A DNA stretch of 24,088 nt, taken from positions 1 through 24,088 of IMG/VR virus record IMGVR_UViG_3300011339_000654. One strand, 5' to 3'. Origin of the DNA: a virus (lineage: Duplodnaviria > Caudoviricetes). Made by a program: the position numbers and the translations under genes. Below are positions 15,339 through 24,088 of this stretch, piece by piece; within the stretch, counting starts at the first letter, position 1, and each line of letters opens with the position of its first letter. The notes beneath the pieces were generated by a model. The model had not been told where the DNA came from. It was given only the letters and a program-made list of their open reading frames with translations, and did no database searches.

Positions 15339-17506
15339 TGGCTACAGCATACGTGTCATCATCTGGAACGGCGGCTTATCCCGGTACGGCATCGGTTCCA
15401 ACATCAATCACTTTAGCACTGTCATCTGCTGGTGCTGGTGACATCATCTATATTGCACCGGGCAACTACGTAGTCAATAACGTTACGTACGGTGGTGCAT
15501 CCGGAACGGCTGGAAACCCTGTACAGTTTATTGGTAATCCTACCGGCTCACAATTTATAGGTATTCCCGCTGGTCGCATTCTATTTACTGCGACAAGTGA
15601 CCTATCAACCGGGACGGGAGCGCAAGTCTTAACGCTGACATCTAAGAGTTATGTAAACTTTAGCAACATTACATTTGACCGAATTTCAGCAATTAGTAAT
15701 GTATTTACACTGACAACTTGTGCAAATGTAATTATTTCAAATTGCGTATTTTACGGTGCTGTTATAGTTACAAACACAGCCGCTGTTCCCAATAATAATA
15801 CTTTTACAAAATGTGTATTATATGGCACACGTATTCTTAACCTGTACTTTGGTCTACATACATCAAACTATGACAACCCATTTGTGATTAGTGACTGTTT
15901 ATTTATCATGATAAACAGTGGAGGATTTGGAAGAGCATTAGAGTTCTATAATACTGGTTCAGGTGCTGGTTTCCCGGGTGGAGGGTTAATCACGAACTGT
16001 ACTTTATTTGGTGGTGACGTTGGAATAAACCACTTCAACACTTCATATGACACGACAAATCCATTTCTTATTAGAAATAACTTGTTTATGTGTGCTACGG
16101 CAATCTTTTGCAGTTTAGCGGCAAGAGTATCGGCTTCATATAATCGGTATACATTTAGTGCTCTGTCAGGCGCATCATCTGGGACTGGTAGTACTTCTAA
16201 CGGTGTCGCTGGTGTCGATTTGTTTGAGTCACTTTTGTACGCAATCAATAACCTACAACCATTTGCAACGTATCTAAGTAGTCCAAATACAAACTTTGGT
16301 ACATCCACTGGCGCACCTGCTACAGACTTGTATGGCGTAACGTGGACAGGTACAAACCCTGACGCTGGCTCCGCAACCTACAGGAGTCTTTCTACTGTTG
16401 GCTCTTATTTACCAACCGAGCGCAACGCATCAGCCATCACAATCGCTCCCGGCTCAACATCACAGTCCATCGAACTATATCTAGGTGCTACAGGTCTCAC
16501 AGCCTCAACCACTGGTCTCTCAGCTCGCTACAACAGAACACGAACAGCCTCTGTCAGCATCCCTCTGGTAGCCCGTACAATCGCACAGGCGTGGACTTCA
16601 GGTGGCTTTGCGGAGGTTGACGCTACCAATATGCCGGGGGTCTATCGCGTCGATATTCCGGATGCAGCTCTAGCGGTTGGAGCTGATGATGTTACGCTTG
16701 TAGTCCGCGGTGCATCTGGTACTAACGGTGCGGTAATGACAATTAAACTGTCCTCTGGTGGCTTGACATCTGCACAAACGGCCTCGGCTGTCTGGGGTGC
16801 AAGCCCAGCAGGCTACAACGACGCTACGACCTTTGGTGGTGTTGTCAATCAGATTGACCAGACGGTTACAGGCACGAGTGTGCTGGTGCAGGACGTGCCA
16901 TCTAATGTCTGGCAAGAGCAGACAGACGATCACACGACGCACGGAACATTCGGCTACAACATCCTCCGCGCTGATGCTCCAAGTAAGGAGGGGTTGGTTA
17001 CACTCCATCAATCGGGCGGTATCTCCCGCGTCGATGCCGACATTCACGCCATTGTAAATGACACGCTGGCAGCTGCTGAACTGAAGGGTGCACTATTGCA
17101 TACTGGCGGAGACTACATCAGCGCAGATCTGCTGACTCCGGTCACGAGCGCGCAGACGGTCCGCATCGGCCCATTCGCCGTACGTACGGATGCCGGCGGT
17201 GCTGATGGCGCGCTGGATCTCAACCAGTCAACTGCCGGCGCTGTCGTTGTGCAGCTGACAGACGCGCAAGGGACGGGCATTGATCAGACATCCGCTACCG
17301 TCCAGGCTAAGGTGTACAACGTCGCAGGAGGGCTAGTGGCAACCTATACATGTACGCCGGCTTATGCTGTCAATGGTTTTGTGTCCATTCCGATGACAAC
17401 CGCGGTGACTGGCACGGCGGGGTCATACATCATCAATCTCTGGAGCACCGTCGGAGCGACGGTCATCATCTACGGCCCGCTACAGCTGCGGGTGAGGGCT
17501 ATCTAA
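15338..17506 (+). CDS. Fibre/spike protein with N-terminal pectin-lyase-like beta-helix
   Basis: AGDIIYIAPGNY start motif; repeated rungs ISNCVF, FTKCVL, ISDCLF, ITNCTL, IRNNLF; G/S/T-rich; Ig/BppU-like C-terminal domain. Confidence 0.75.
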   Translation: MATAYVSSSGTAAYPGTASVPTSITLALSSAGAGDIIYIAPGNYVVNNVTYGGASGTAGNPVQFIGNPTGSQFIGIPAGRILFTATSDLSTGTGAQVLTLTSKSYVNFSNITFDRISAISNVFTLTTCANVIISNCVFYGAVIVTNTAAVPNNNTFTKCVLYGTRILNLYFGLHTSNYDNPFVISDCLFIMINSGGFGRALEFYNTGSGAGFPGGGLITNCTLFGGDVGINHFNTSYDTTNPFLIRNNLFMCATAIFCSLAARVSASYNRYTFSALSGASSGTGSTSNGVAGVDLFESLLYAINNLQPFATYLSSPNTNFGTSTGAPATDLYGVTWTGTNPDAGSATYRSLSTVGSYLPTERNASAITIAPGSTSQSIELYLGATGLTASTTGLSARYNRTRTASVSIPLVARTIAQAWTSGGFAEVDATNMPGVYRVDIPDAALAVGADDVTLVVRGASGTNGAVMTIKLSSGGLTSAQTASAVWGASPAGYNDATTFGGVVNQIDQTVTGTSVLVQDVPSNVWQEQTDDHTTHGTFGYNILRADAPSKEGLVTLHQSGGISRVDADIHAIVNDTLAAAELKGALLHTGGDYISADLLTPVTSAQTVRIGPFAVRTDAGGADGALDLNQSTAGAVVVQLTDAQGTGIDQTSATVQAKVYNVAGGLVATYTCTPAYAVNGFVSIPMTTAVTGTAGSYIINLWSTVGATVIIYGPLQLRVRAI

Positions 17507-17859
17507 TGACACCGATTATCAGGCTGATTGAGGACCCGGACACATCGACACATCACGGCTCATGGGTCGGCGCATTCTACCCATACAGCCTGTCACTCGT
17601 GGATGCCCAGTGGAGTCCGGTTGACATCACGGCAGGCACGCTTTCGGTGACGTTCAGCGATGAGACTACGGGCTTGCCATACACGTTCCCGACAGGTACG
17701 GCGGTGCTGGTCAAGAAGTGGTCTGAGGAGGGGCTCATCGAGCTCACACTCCCGTCAGCATGGCCAACCGCCGCAATGGTCCGCGTGACAGTTGCACTGA
17801 CCAATGGCGCCATCGTCCGGAGGTTTGGCCCGCTGATTGTTGCGGTATCCGCACCATGA
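17506..17859 (+). CDS. Small beta-sandwich (BppU-like) virion protein
   Basis: TAATG overlap; LVDAQ.SPVDIT...G.I...FGPL resembles the C-terminal domain of the preceding gene. Confidence 0.55.
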   Translation: MTPIIRLIEDPDTSTHHGSWVGAFYPYSLSLVDAQWSPVDITAGTLSVTFSDETTGLPYTFPTGTAVLVKKWSEEGLIELTLPSAWPTAAMVRVTVALTNGAIVRRFGPLIVAVSAP

Positions 17860-18278
17860 GTGACTACAAGGTAACGCTCAAGATTGACATGTCGGGACTG
17901 AGTCGCAAGTCCGATGCACTCGACCGACTGTCGCGAATGGTTCGTGATTGTGCCTGGCGCGCAACAAGCTACGCGAGGCTATCGATGACTGGCATCAAGA
18001 GCGGGCGAGCATACCTCATATCGGACAAGCCAGGGAGTCCGCCGCGCGTGCATATTGCATCCGCACCAGGAGAAGCGCCGGCGGCGCTGACTGGAGCACT
18101 ACGCAACAGCATCAAGCCACGCGAAGGTACGAGTAAGTGGGAGTCACGTGTCGCAGTCGAAAAAGAGTACGGGCAGATTCTCGAGCGGAAGAAGAACCGT
18201 CCATTTCTGATTCCTGCTGGGCAGGAGGCGTTCAAATTCTTGATCGCGGCAGCAAGGAGTATCGCCGATGGCAGCTGA
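17856..18278 (+). CDS. HK97 gp10-like tail completion/neck protein
   Basis: HIASAPGEAPA..TGALRNSI, YG.ILE and RPFL.PA motifs. Confidence 0.8.
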   Translation: MSDYKVTLKIDMSGLSRKSDALDRLSRMVRDCAWRATSYARLSMTGIKSGRAYLISDKPGSPPRVHIASAPGEAPAALTGALRNSIKPREGTSKWESRVAVEKEYGQILERKKNRPFLIPAGQEAFKFLIAAARSIADGS

Positions 18279-18747
18279 TGTATTGCAGGTTGACGAGTGG
18301 ATTACCGAGACGCTTCGCGCGGATGCAACGCTCCAAGATCTGCTCGCCATCGATGGCAGGGCGCCAGGATATCAGCTCGGCGTGTATTGCAATGTGGCGC
18401 CAGAAAAGGACGTTGCGAGCCGTAAGCCGGTGATGGTGCCGTTCGTGATTGTCAAGCGCGACAGCGGGTCCACACAGGAGCAGGTATCCATTAGTGGAGC
18501 GCGTTGTATCGTGCGGCACATCGTGTCGGTTGTTGTCTGGGATATCCACACCGGGACCGTGACATTCTCTCGCACCAAGGCAGTTGCGGACCGCGTCGAC
18601 GCACTCCTACACAACGTGTCATTCACCGTGGCGGATGGTCAAGGGTGGAGTATGCGCATGGCGTCAGACACCATCATCGACCCGCAGCCTGACGGGCGCA
18701 TCAACTGTGGCATCATGCAGGCGTACAATGTCACAATATCGGAGTAA
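18268..18747 (+). CDS. Tail terminator protein (DUF3168-like)
   Basis: L.ADATL..L, PFVIV, V.VWD, AVADRVDALLH; directly before the tube gene; SD AAGGAG. Confidence 0.72.
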   Translation: MAADVLQVDEWITETLRADATLQDLLAIDGRAPGYQLGVYCNVAPEKDVASRKPVMVPFVIVKRDSGSTQEQVSISGARCIVRHIVSVVVWDIHTGTVTFSRTKAVADRVDALLHNVSFTVADGQGWSMRMASDTIIDPQPDGRINCGIMQAYNVTISE

Positions 18748-18759
18748 GGGGACCTACTA

Positions 18760-19203
18760 ATGGCCAAACTAATTGCTAAAAACTGCACCGTTAAGTATTC
18801 AATCGGCACCGCCATTGTGGATGGAACCGCCGCTACTCTCGCGACAGCCGTCACTCCTGCGACGGAAATGCGCGCGTTCGCAAAGTCCGTCACGCAGTCG
18901 GTCACGGTAAATACCATCAACCTAACGGCACTCGGCGACGTATACGAGCAGAAAATGCCGACGACGTTCGCTGGGTCAATCACCCTCGAGCTTTATGTGG
19001 ATGGTGTCCGCATTACAAACTCATCGATGATTGGATTCCCGATGAAGGTCACCGTAGACGTAGACGGCGCGGGCGCCGCAACCTCTGAGACATGGGTCGG
19101 CATGATTGCCGATTGTGGATGGGGTACGCAGTCCGAGACCGAGCAGACCGAGAGTATTACCATCAACCTCGGCGTGGCTGGCCAGACAACATGGAGTAGC
19201 TAG
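18760..19203 (+). CDS. Major tail tube protein
   Basis: 147 aa, Thr-rich beta protein (INLTALGD...GSITLE) between terminator and chaperone genes. Confidence 0.75.
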   Translation: MAKLIAKNCTVKYSIGTAIVDGTAATLATAVTPATEMRAFAKSVTQSVTVNTINLTALGDVYEQKMPTTFAGSITLELYVDGVRITNSSMIGFPMKVTVDVDGAGAATSETWVGMIADCGWGTQSETEQTESITINLGVAGQTTWSS

Positions 19204-19592
19204 TGGCGTTATCTGACCTCAAGCGCGCGCGAGCGTCGCAGGCTAAGCCTAACCTCGTCATCGACCTCTCGGCTTTCATGCCCGATGGCGAGGAGGCAAG
19301 CATCACGTTTCGCGAGCCAACAGGTGCAGATCTGTTCCGTGCGTTCCAGGCGCCGACAGTCGCCGAGAAGGTCAAGTATCCGGATTACGATGATGAGCTC
19401 ATCAAACTGCTCCGGCTGATGGCTATCTGCTATGTAGCGACCGAAGGCGACGAGGGTAAGTACAACGTATTCGAGACACTCGGCGATTTAGCACGAGACA
19501 ACAAGCTTTTGTACCTCTACATCCACGGAACGTTTAACACCAACTATCAGCTGGACTTGTCGGTCATTTCGGAGAAGGTCCCAAACGACTAG
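19203..19592 (+). CDS. Tail assembly chaperone (gpG-like)
   Basis: TAGTG overlap; ITFREPT..D; ends at a slippery heptamer; lies between tube and tape measure genes. Confidence 0.8.
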   Translation: MALSDLKRARASQAKPNLVIDLSAFMPDGEEASITFREPTGADLFRAFQAPTVAEKVKYPDYDDELIKLLRLMAICYVATEGDEGKYNVFETLGDLARDNKLLYLYIHGTFNTNYQLDLSVISEKVPND

Positions 19593-19771
19593 GGGCGGTG
19601 GAGCAACAGGTACTCGAGGCATCGGTGACCTGGCTACATCGCCATCCTTCAGAATGTGACTTGACGCTAACAGAACTTGGCGAGGTGTATTACATCGGCG
19701 AGAGTTGGAAAAAGGTCATCCATGATGTGGCCGAAGCGATTATACGGACCATCGCGAGGAGTGGTATCTAA
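19580..19771 (+). CDS. -1 frameshift extension of the tail chaperone (gpGT-like)
   Basis: C CCA AAC at 19580-19586 in X XXY YYZ phase; -1 frame open for 63 codons to TAA 19769-19771, overlapping the tape measure ATG. Confidence 0.8.
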   Translation, partial: PKRLGAVEQQVLEASVTWLHRHPSECDLTLTELGEVYYIGESWKKVIHDVAEAIIRTIARSGI

Positions 19772-21300
19772 TGGCACTTGGACTGTTTGAAATCATCTTT
19801 AAGGCGTCCGGCGCAAACAAAGTCCAGTCCGACATTAAGGCGATCAAGGACGAAGCCGGAAGCGCGGCACCTGCCGTTGAGCAGCTCGCTGGCACAATGT
19901 CCAAACTTGGCAGGATAGGTGCTACACTCGGCGCACTTGGTGGCATCGTGGCATTTGGCAAGTCCGCCCTCGAGGCCAGCGGAGACGCCCAGGAACTCAA
20001 CACGCGACTGGAAGGTGTAACCGGGTCGGCTGCCGAAGCGGCTAAGGTTATGGCCAAGGTACGCGAGGTTGCAGGTCCGTCGCCATTCACTACGAAGCAG
20101 CTCGCGAACGCAGCTGTCGGTTTGCAAGCGATGGGCATCAATGCCCAGAAAGCACTCCCGAAACTCGCGGATCTCGGCGCCGCATTTGGCGCGGATGAAG
20201 AGCACCTAAAGTCGCTTGTCGGCATGATGGGGAAACTCAATCAAGGCATCATGCCAGACTCCGAAACGCTCTCGATGTTCGGCCTGTCTAAAAAGGACTT
20301 TGCTGGAGAGGGAATCACGTTCGACAAAAACGGCACGCTGATTTCAAGTGCGACCGAGACGCTCGATGCGCTATTCCGGATCATCGACAAAAAGTACGGT
20401 GGCATGACCGAGCGGATGGCGAAGAACACCAAGTCGCAGATGGCGACCATCGTTGACTCGTTTACTCAGATGATGGAAAAGGTCGGAAACATTTTCGGTG
20501 CTGGGCTAAGTCTGATAACACCTGCTCTCACAAGTGGGCTCGACAGCGTGACGAAGTTTTTCGACTCCGTGTCGACGAATGGCAGCACTGCGCAAAACAT
20601 CCTCAAGGGGATTGCGGCAACCCTTGCACTCATCACGGCTGTACAGGTTGTCGATGGCATCATCATGCTCAGTAAGGTGATGAAGGGGCTAGCAAACACG
20701 CTGAAACTGGTCGCGGCTGGTGAGGCACTCATTCAGGCGCTTGCCGGTCCCGCTGGTATTGCGAAGGTCGTCGCCGGAGTTGCCGCTGCAGGGCTTGCCA
20801 TCTGGGGAATGGATGCAATTTTCAACCAGATGGAGCAATCGGCAAAGACAAAACCCGAAGGACTAAAGCCTCCGACAACGACGACACCATCGAATCCGGT
20901 TACAGGAGCGACAGGCGGAACGCCAGCAGCAGGGAGCGGGCACGGTGGCTTGATTGGTACCATGGCGCGCGTTGGCATCGGCATGTCCAAGGTCGGCGAG
21001 TTTCGCGAAGAGTGGGGCAAGACCGTTGCTGAGTCCCTGGACAAGATTGCCAAGAACACTGGCACGACAAACGACCTGCTCGACCTACGTCGGCAGACAT
21101 TCGGCGGTGGTGCACTGGGTCGGCTTGGTGCAACGGCTGTTGAGATGCGCGAGGCTAACGGTGGCGGAGGTATTGCAGCTGGGACCGGACGCATCCCGAA
21201 TACGCTCATCCCGTACAACATCGATCTCGAGCGAGGCGTCAAGAAGATATTTGCGGCAGAGTATCGGACACAAGCTGTTAACCTGATGAGGCGCATCTAA
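19771..21300 (+). CDS. Tape measure protein
   Basis: Ala/Gly-rich helical protein; GSA.EA...M...RE.A..SPF...L..A...L.A.G tape-measure motif; hydrophobic segments; SD GAGGAG. Confidence 0.9.
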   Translation: MALGLFEIIFKASGANKVQSDIKAIKDEAGSAAPAVEQLAGTMSKLGRIGATLGALGGIVAFGKSALEASGDAQELNTRLEGVTGSAAEAAKVMAKVREVAGPSPFTTKQLANAAVGLQAMGINAQKALPKLADLGAAFGADEEHLKSLVGMMGKLNQGIMPDSETLSMFGLSKKDFAGEGITFDKNGTLISSATETLDALFRIIDKKYGGMTERMAKNTKSQMATIVDSFTQMMEKVGNIFGAGLSLITPALTSGLDSVTKFFDSVSTNGSTAQNILKGIAATLALITAVQVVDGIIMLSKVMKGLANTLKLVAAGEALIQALAGPAGIAKVVAGVAAAGLAIWGMDAIFNQMEQSAKTKPEGLKPPTTTTPSNPVTGATGGTPAAGSGHGGLIGTMARVGIGMSKVGEFREEWGKTVAESLDKIAKNTGTTNDLLDLRRQTFGGGALGRLGATAVEMREANGGGGIAAGTGRIPNTLIPYNIDLERGVKKIFAAEYRTQAVNLMRRI

Positions 21301-23552
21301 TGGCTATCAAGTGGCCTATCAAGGTCGAGGTCGATTGTCCGGAACCAAGGCCGGCAAAGTCACGGCTCGTCATCGGCGCGGATGGTACGTCATGGGACCG
21401 CGCGACATCGAGCGAGTACGCATGGTTTGACAGCGTGACAGGGTCGGCAATGCTCTTGCCGATGTGTTTCGATGGCGCGTACGACACGACATTCTCGGGC
21501 ATATACAGCCGACTGCAGCTGTCGGACATGGAGACACCATTCGGTGGTACATGGCGTCAGTACCAGGTGCGAGGCGCCGGTGACTACTGGTGCAGCCAAG
21601 AGGACACCACGACGGCGTACAGCATCCGCACAGCGACATCGTGGAGCGCGAATCAAGGGTGGTGCCTTGGTATGTACCACGGCAACATCCCAACCAAGGC
21701 AAAGCGCATGGTGCTTGCGGTGGCATTTGCGCCAACCGCCACCATGAGCATGAGCCCACTCTACCTGCGATTCTTCACAGACGGGTCATTGCAGATATTC
21801 AAGGACGGTGTACTCAAGGGACAGTACGACCAAGAGGACAGCAACAAGACCGCCGGGCGGCTGGTCAATGGACTCACGCCGATGGGCAACCAGTACCACA
21901 GCGTGGTCATCATTCCGCACAAGCGTCGCGAACTGCTCGTGCTCACGAGCTGGGGATTGAACATATCGCACTTGTTCGAGGATTTGAGCCAGGACAGTAC
22001 GACAAACGTCATTATCCCTGCGGGCAAGTTGCAGGTACAGGATGCGGTGTCGCGTCAGTTCCTCCAGTTCTCGCCGATTCGGTTCGTCAGTTCCGCCGCC
22101 ATCTACAGCAAGCCTATCAAGCTGCGATACGCTCCTCCGACTGGTGCGGTTTTCACCGCTCGTGTGATTCAGGACCGCGTCGGGCGTGCGACGGGTGGAA
22201 GCTCGGTCACCGCATCCGTTGTCAAGGCTGACCTAACGGCATACACGCCAGATGGTGTCATCGATACAGTGCGGCTCAAAGTCCAGATGACATCGTCAGA
22301 CAACATCGAGGCGCCGGGGATTGCACTCGGTGAGGCGTGGTATCAGCCTGCACAAGCTACAACGGCAGATGACCCGGTCGACATCACGGGCTTGTATGAG
22401 TCTCTGTCAATCAGCGTCGACGAGACATCGAGGGCAACGCTCAGCATGACGGCGCGTCGTCAACGGCTACTCGATGCTGGAGTACAACAACCGCAGATTA
22501 CAAGCGACCGACCCATTCGGATTGCCGTCGGAAGTTCTGGCGCGTCACCGACATACATCGACATATTCCGCGGATCTCTCACACCTCCGCAGATTCATTA
22601 CGAGCGCCGCTGGACGCAGTCGCATGACGTCCTGCAGTTTGACGGGCAGGACCGGACACGCGATCTCGAGCTCACGATGTATCAGGATGGCATCGTCTAC
22701 GATGGTATGACCATGCAGTCGGCGGTGTCTGACATGATTCAGACCGCAGGATTCCTATCAACGGACCTGATCTGGGATGATACATCCGGATTCACACTCC
22801 CACGGAGCGCGGATATCGCGCGCGGATATTCGACCGTCGTCCCGCAGCGGGGCGAGTATGTGGCTACGCTTCTCTCCAAGATCAAGAACGATTATGCTGC
22901 GACATGGATTACCGGATGGAGTCCAACCACGACGGGCTACAAGTACCAGTGGAGTAATCCGAGCGACCTAAGCAGTACGCCTGTGATGACGCTCTACAAC
23001 TCACGCCAGGACGCAATCACGGCTGGCGTATCGGGCGACCTTGTACCGCACCGTGTCATCTATAAGATGAGTGCACACTATGAGTCGCCCGAGGCGAATC
23101 AAATCATCGTACTCGGGCAGGACCCGCGGAACGGTGACCTGATCTACAGTTATGCAGCCGATGGTGCAAGCGCGGACCCGACAACCGCTCCGGCATCGAG
23201 GCCGTACAACTGGCGTGGGCGCACCGTGTCCTACATCCTGAGCGAGCCAGCCATCACCAGTGATGCAGCTGCAGTGCAGGCGAAGAATGTCGTATCAACC
23301 CGCCTAATGACCGGGCGTATCCTGCTCGAGTTTACGAGCGATTTGCTCATTGACGATGCCACCAACCGCCCGCTCTGGCTACGTGACGTAGTGCAAATCA
23401 TGATGCCTGGCGGAGCAACCATCCGCGGAATCTATCGAATCATCGCGATACCGAGCATCGATCTCGGATTCGAGCCGACAAGCGCAGGCGACAAGCGCGC
23501 AATCCGCACTGCGACGTATCGGTGCTTGTACCTTGGTAGTGGTGGCGACTAG
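21300..23552 (+). CDS. Tail tip/hub structural protein
   Basis: 750 aa beta-rich protein directly after the tape measure; hub-like C-terminal pattern (ANQIIVLG...LWLRDVVQI...YRIIAI). Confidence 0.6.
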   Translation: MAIKWPIKVEVDCPEPRPAKSRLVIGADGTSWDRATSSEYAWFDSVTGSAMLLPMCFDGAYDTTFSGIYSRLQLSDMETPFGGTWRQYQVRGAGDYWCSQEDTTTAYSIRTATSWSANQGWCLGMYHGNIPTKAKRMVLAVAFAPTATMSMSPLYLRFFTDGSLQIFKDGVLKGQYDQEDSNKTAGRLVNGLTPMGNQYHSVVIIPHKRRELLVLTSWGLNISHLFEDLSQDSTTNVIIPAGKLQVQDAVSRQFLQFSPIRFVSSAAIYSKPIKLRYAPPTGAVFTARVIQDRVGRATGGSSVTASVVKADLTAYTPDGVIDTVRLKVQMTSSDNIEAPGIALGEAWYQPAQATTADDPVDITGLYESLSISVDETSRATLSMTARRQRLLDAGVQQPQITSDRPIRIAVGSSGASPTYIDIFRGSLTPPQIHYERRWTQSHDVLQFDGQDRTRDLELTMYQDGIVYDGMTMQSAVSDMIQTAGFLSTDLIWDDTSGFTLPRSADIARGYSTVVPQRGEYVATLLSKIKNDYAATWITGWSPTTTGYKYQWSNPSDLSSTPVMTLYNSRQDAITAGVSGDLVPHRVIYKMSAHYESPEANQIIVLGQDPRNGDLIYSYAADGASADPTTAPASRPYNWRGRTVSYILSEPAITSDAAAVQAKNVVSTRLMTGRILLEFTSDLLIDDATNRPLWLRDVVQIMMPGGATIRGIYRIIAIPSIDLGFEPTSAGDKRAIRTATYRCLYLGSGGD

Positions 23553-24088
23553 TGGCCTACATTGACGGCACGCGCACATCGACCCTCGGCATGGATTACA
23601 CCGAGGGCGTAACGGTTCGCATTTGGAATCCGTACGCACTCGTTCCGCCAGACGTTGACTGGCAATCTATGGCGACCGATTTCAACTTTGGTGGGCATCT
23701 TGGCTTTTCCGCATCGCTCGCAATCCAGACTAGTACAACTGGCACCGCGCCAGGTGCGCCGTGGTCATGGCAACTAAAAGCGCACATTATTGTCAATAAT
23801 GGACACGGTACAAGTAGCACCGGCGACGTTGTACTTGCGTCTGGCACGGAGACAGGAGCAACGCTCTACAAGGACGTGAGTACGACGTGTGCCGGTACAT
23901 TCAGCGCCAGCGTGTCGACCGATAAACTATGGGCAGTGACGGAGACTCCGTACAGCTCGATATCTGCACCGACGAGATTCCCCCCGACTACGGCGTATCG
24001 CTGGTACGAGATGACAACCACGGGTGCGACGGCGAGCTGCTCTCTGACGGCTAATGCTGGCGGCGTGTCAGTAAGTGCAGCTGCAACA
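23552..24088 (+). CDS. Putative tail protein (truncated by window)
   Basis: TAGTG overlap; frame open to the window end (MAYIDGTRTSTLGMDY...), S/T/G-rich. Confidence 0.7.
   Translation, partial: MAYIDGTRTSTLGMDYTEGVTVRIWNPYALVPPDVDWQSMATDFNFGGHLGFSASLAIQTSTTGTAPGAPWSWQLKAHIIVNNGHGTSSTGDVVLASGTETGATLYKDVSTTCAGTFSASVSTDKLWAVTETPYSSISAPTRFPPTTAYRWYEMTTTGATASCSLTANAGGVSVSAAAT

Larger units (their letters stand above)
1..24088 (+). mobile_element. Siphovirus-like bacteriophage (or prophage) genome segment
   Basis: Collinear terminase, portal, MuF-like, protease, capsid, connector, tail tube, chaperone, tape measure order. No sheath, host genes, integrase or att site seen. Confidence 0.97.

Noticed and set aside
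15338-17506. Fibre as a diversity-generating retroelement target
   Set aside because: No reverse transcriptase and no template/variable repeat pair seen in the window; domain exchange explains the low GC better.
18730-18762. GTCACAAT upstream of the tail tube gene as a fourth leaderless promoter
   Set aside because: Not followed by ATG at 6 nt, lies within coding sequence, and the tube gene has purine-rich SD-like sequence; could be chance.
11204-23554. Repeated TAATG/TAGTG stop-start overlaps as stop-codon reassignment or readthrough
   Set aside because: The downstream genes are in a different frame and all genes are intact under the standard code; this is ordinary translational coupling.

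Overview
The whole window is part of a tailed, siphovirus-like phage genome, with every credible gene on the + strand and most genes translationally coupled. From left to right it holds (i) a replication module: a PriCT-1 + RecA-type helicase that lacks a primase catalytic domain, an iteron/AT-rich/hairpin origin-like region and an SSB-like protein; (ii) an accessory cluster with two DUF2829/Tad2-like domains (one fused to putative HTHs), a DUF3307-like membrane protein, an XRE regulator and unknown genes; (iii) HNH, small and large terminase; (iv) an HK97-type head module whose portal carries a C-terminal cargo domain; (v) connector genes split by an inserted holin/fibre cassette containing a low-GC segment; (vi) a non-contractile tail module with a correctly phased -1 frameshift, a short tape measure and tail-tip genes. 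The strongest leads are the Tad2-like sponge plus HTH-Tad2 fusion pair, a repeated CAYAAT-N6-ATGG leaderless-promoter-like motif, the origin architecture and the portal cargo domain. All family assignments come from motif recognition by eye; no database searches were run.
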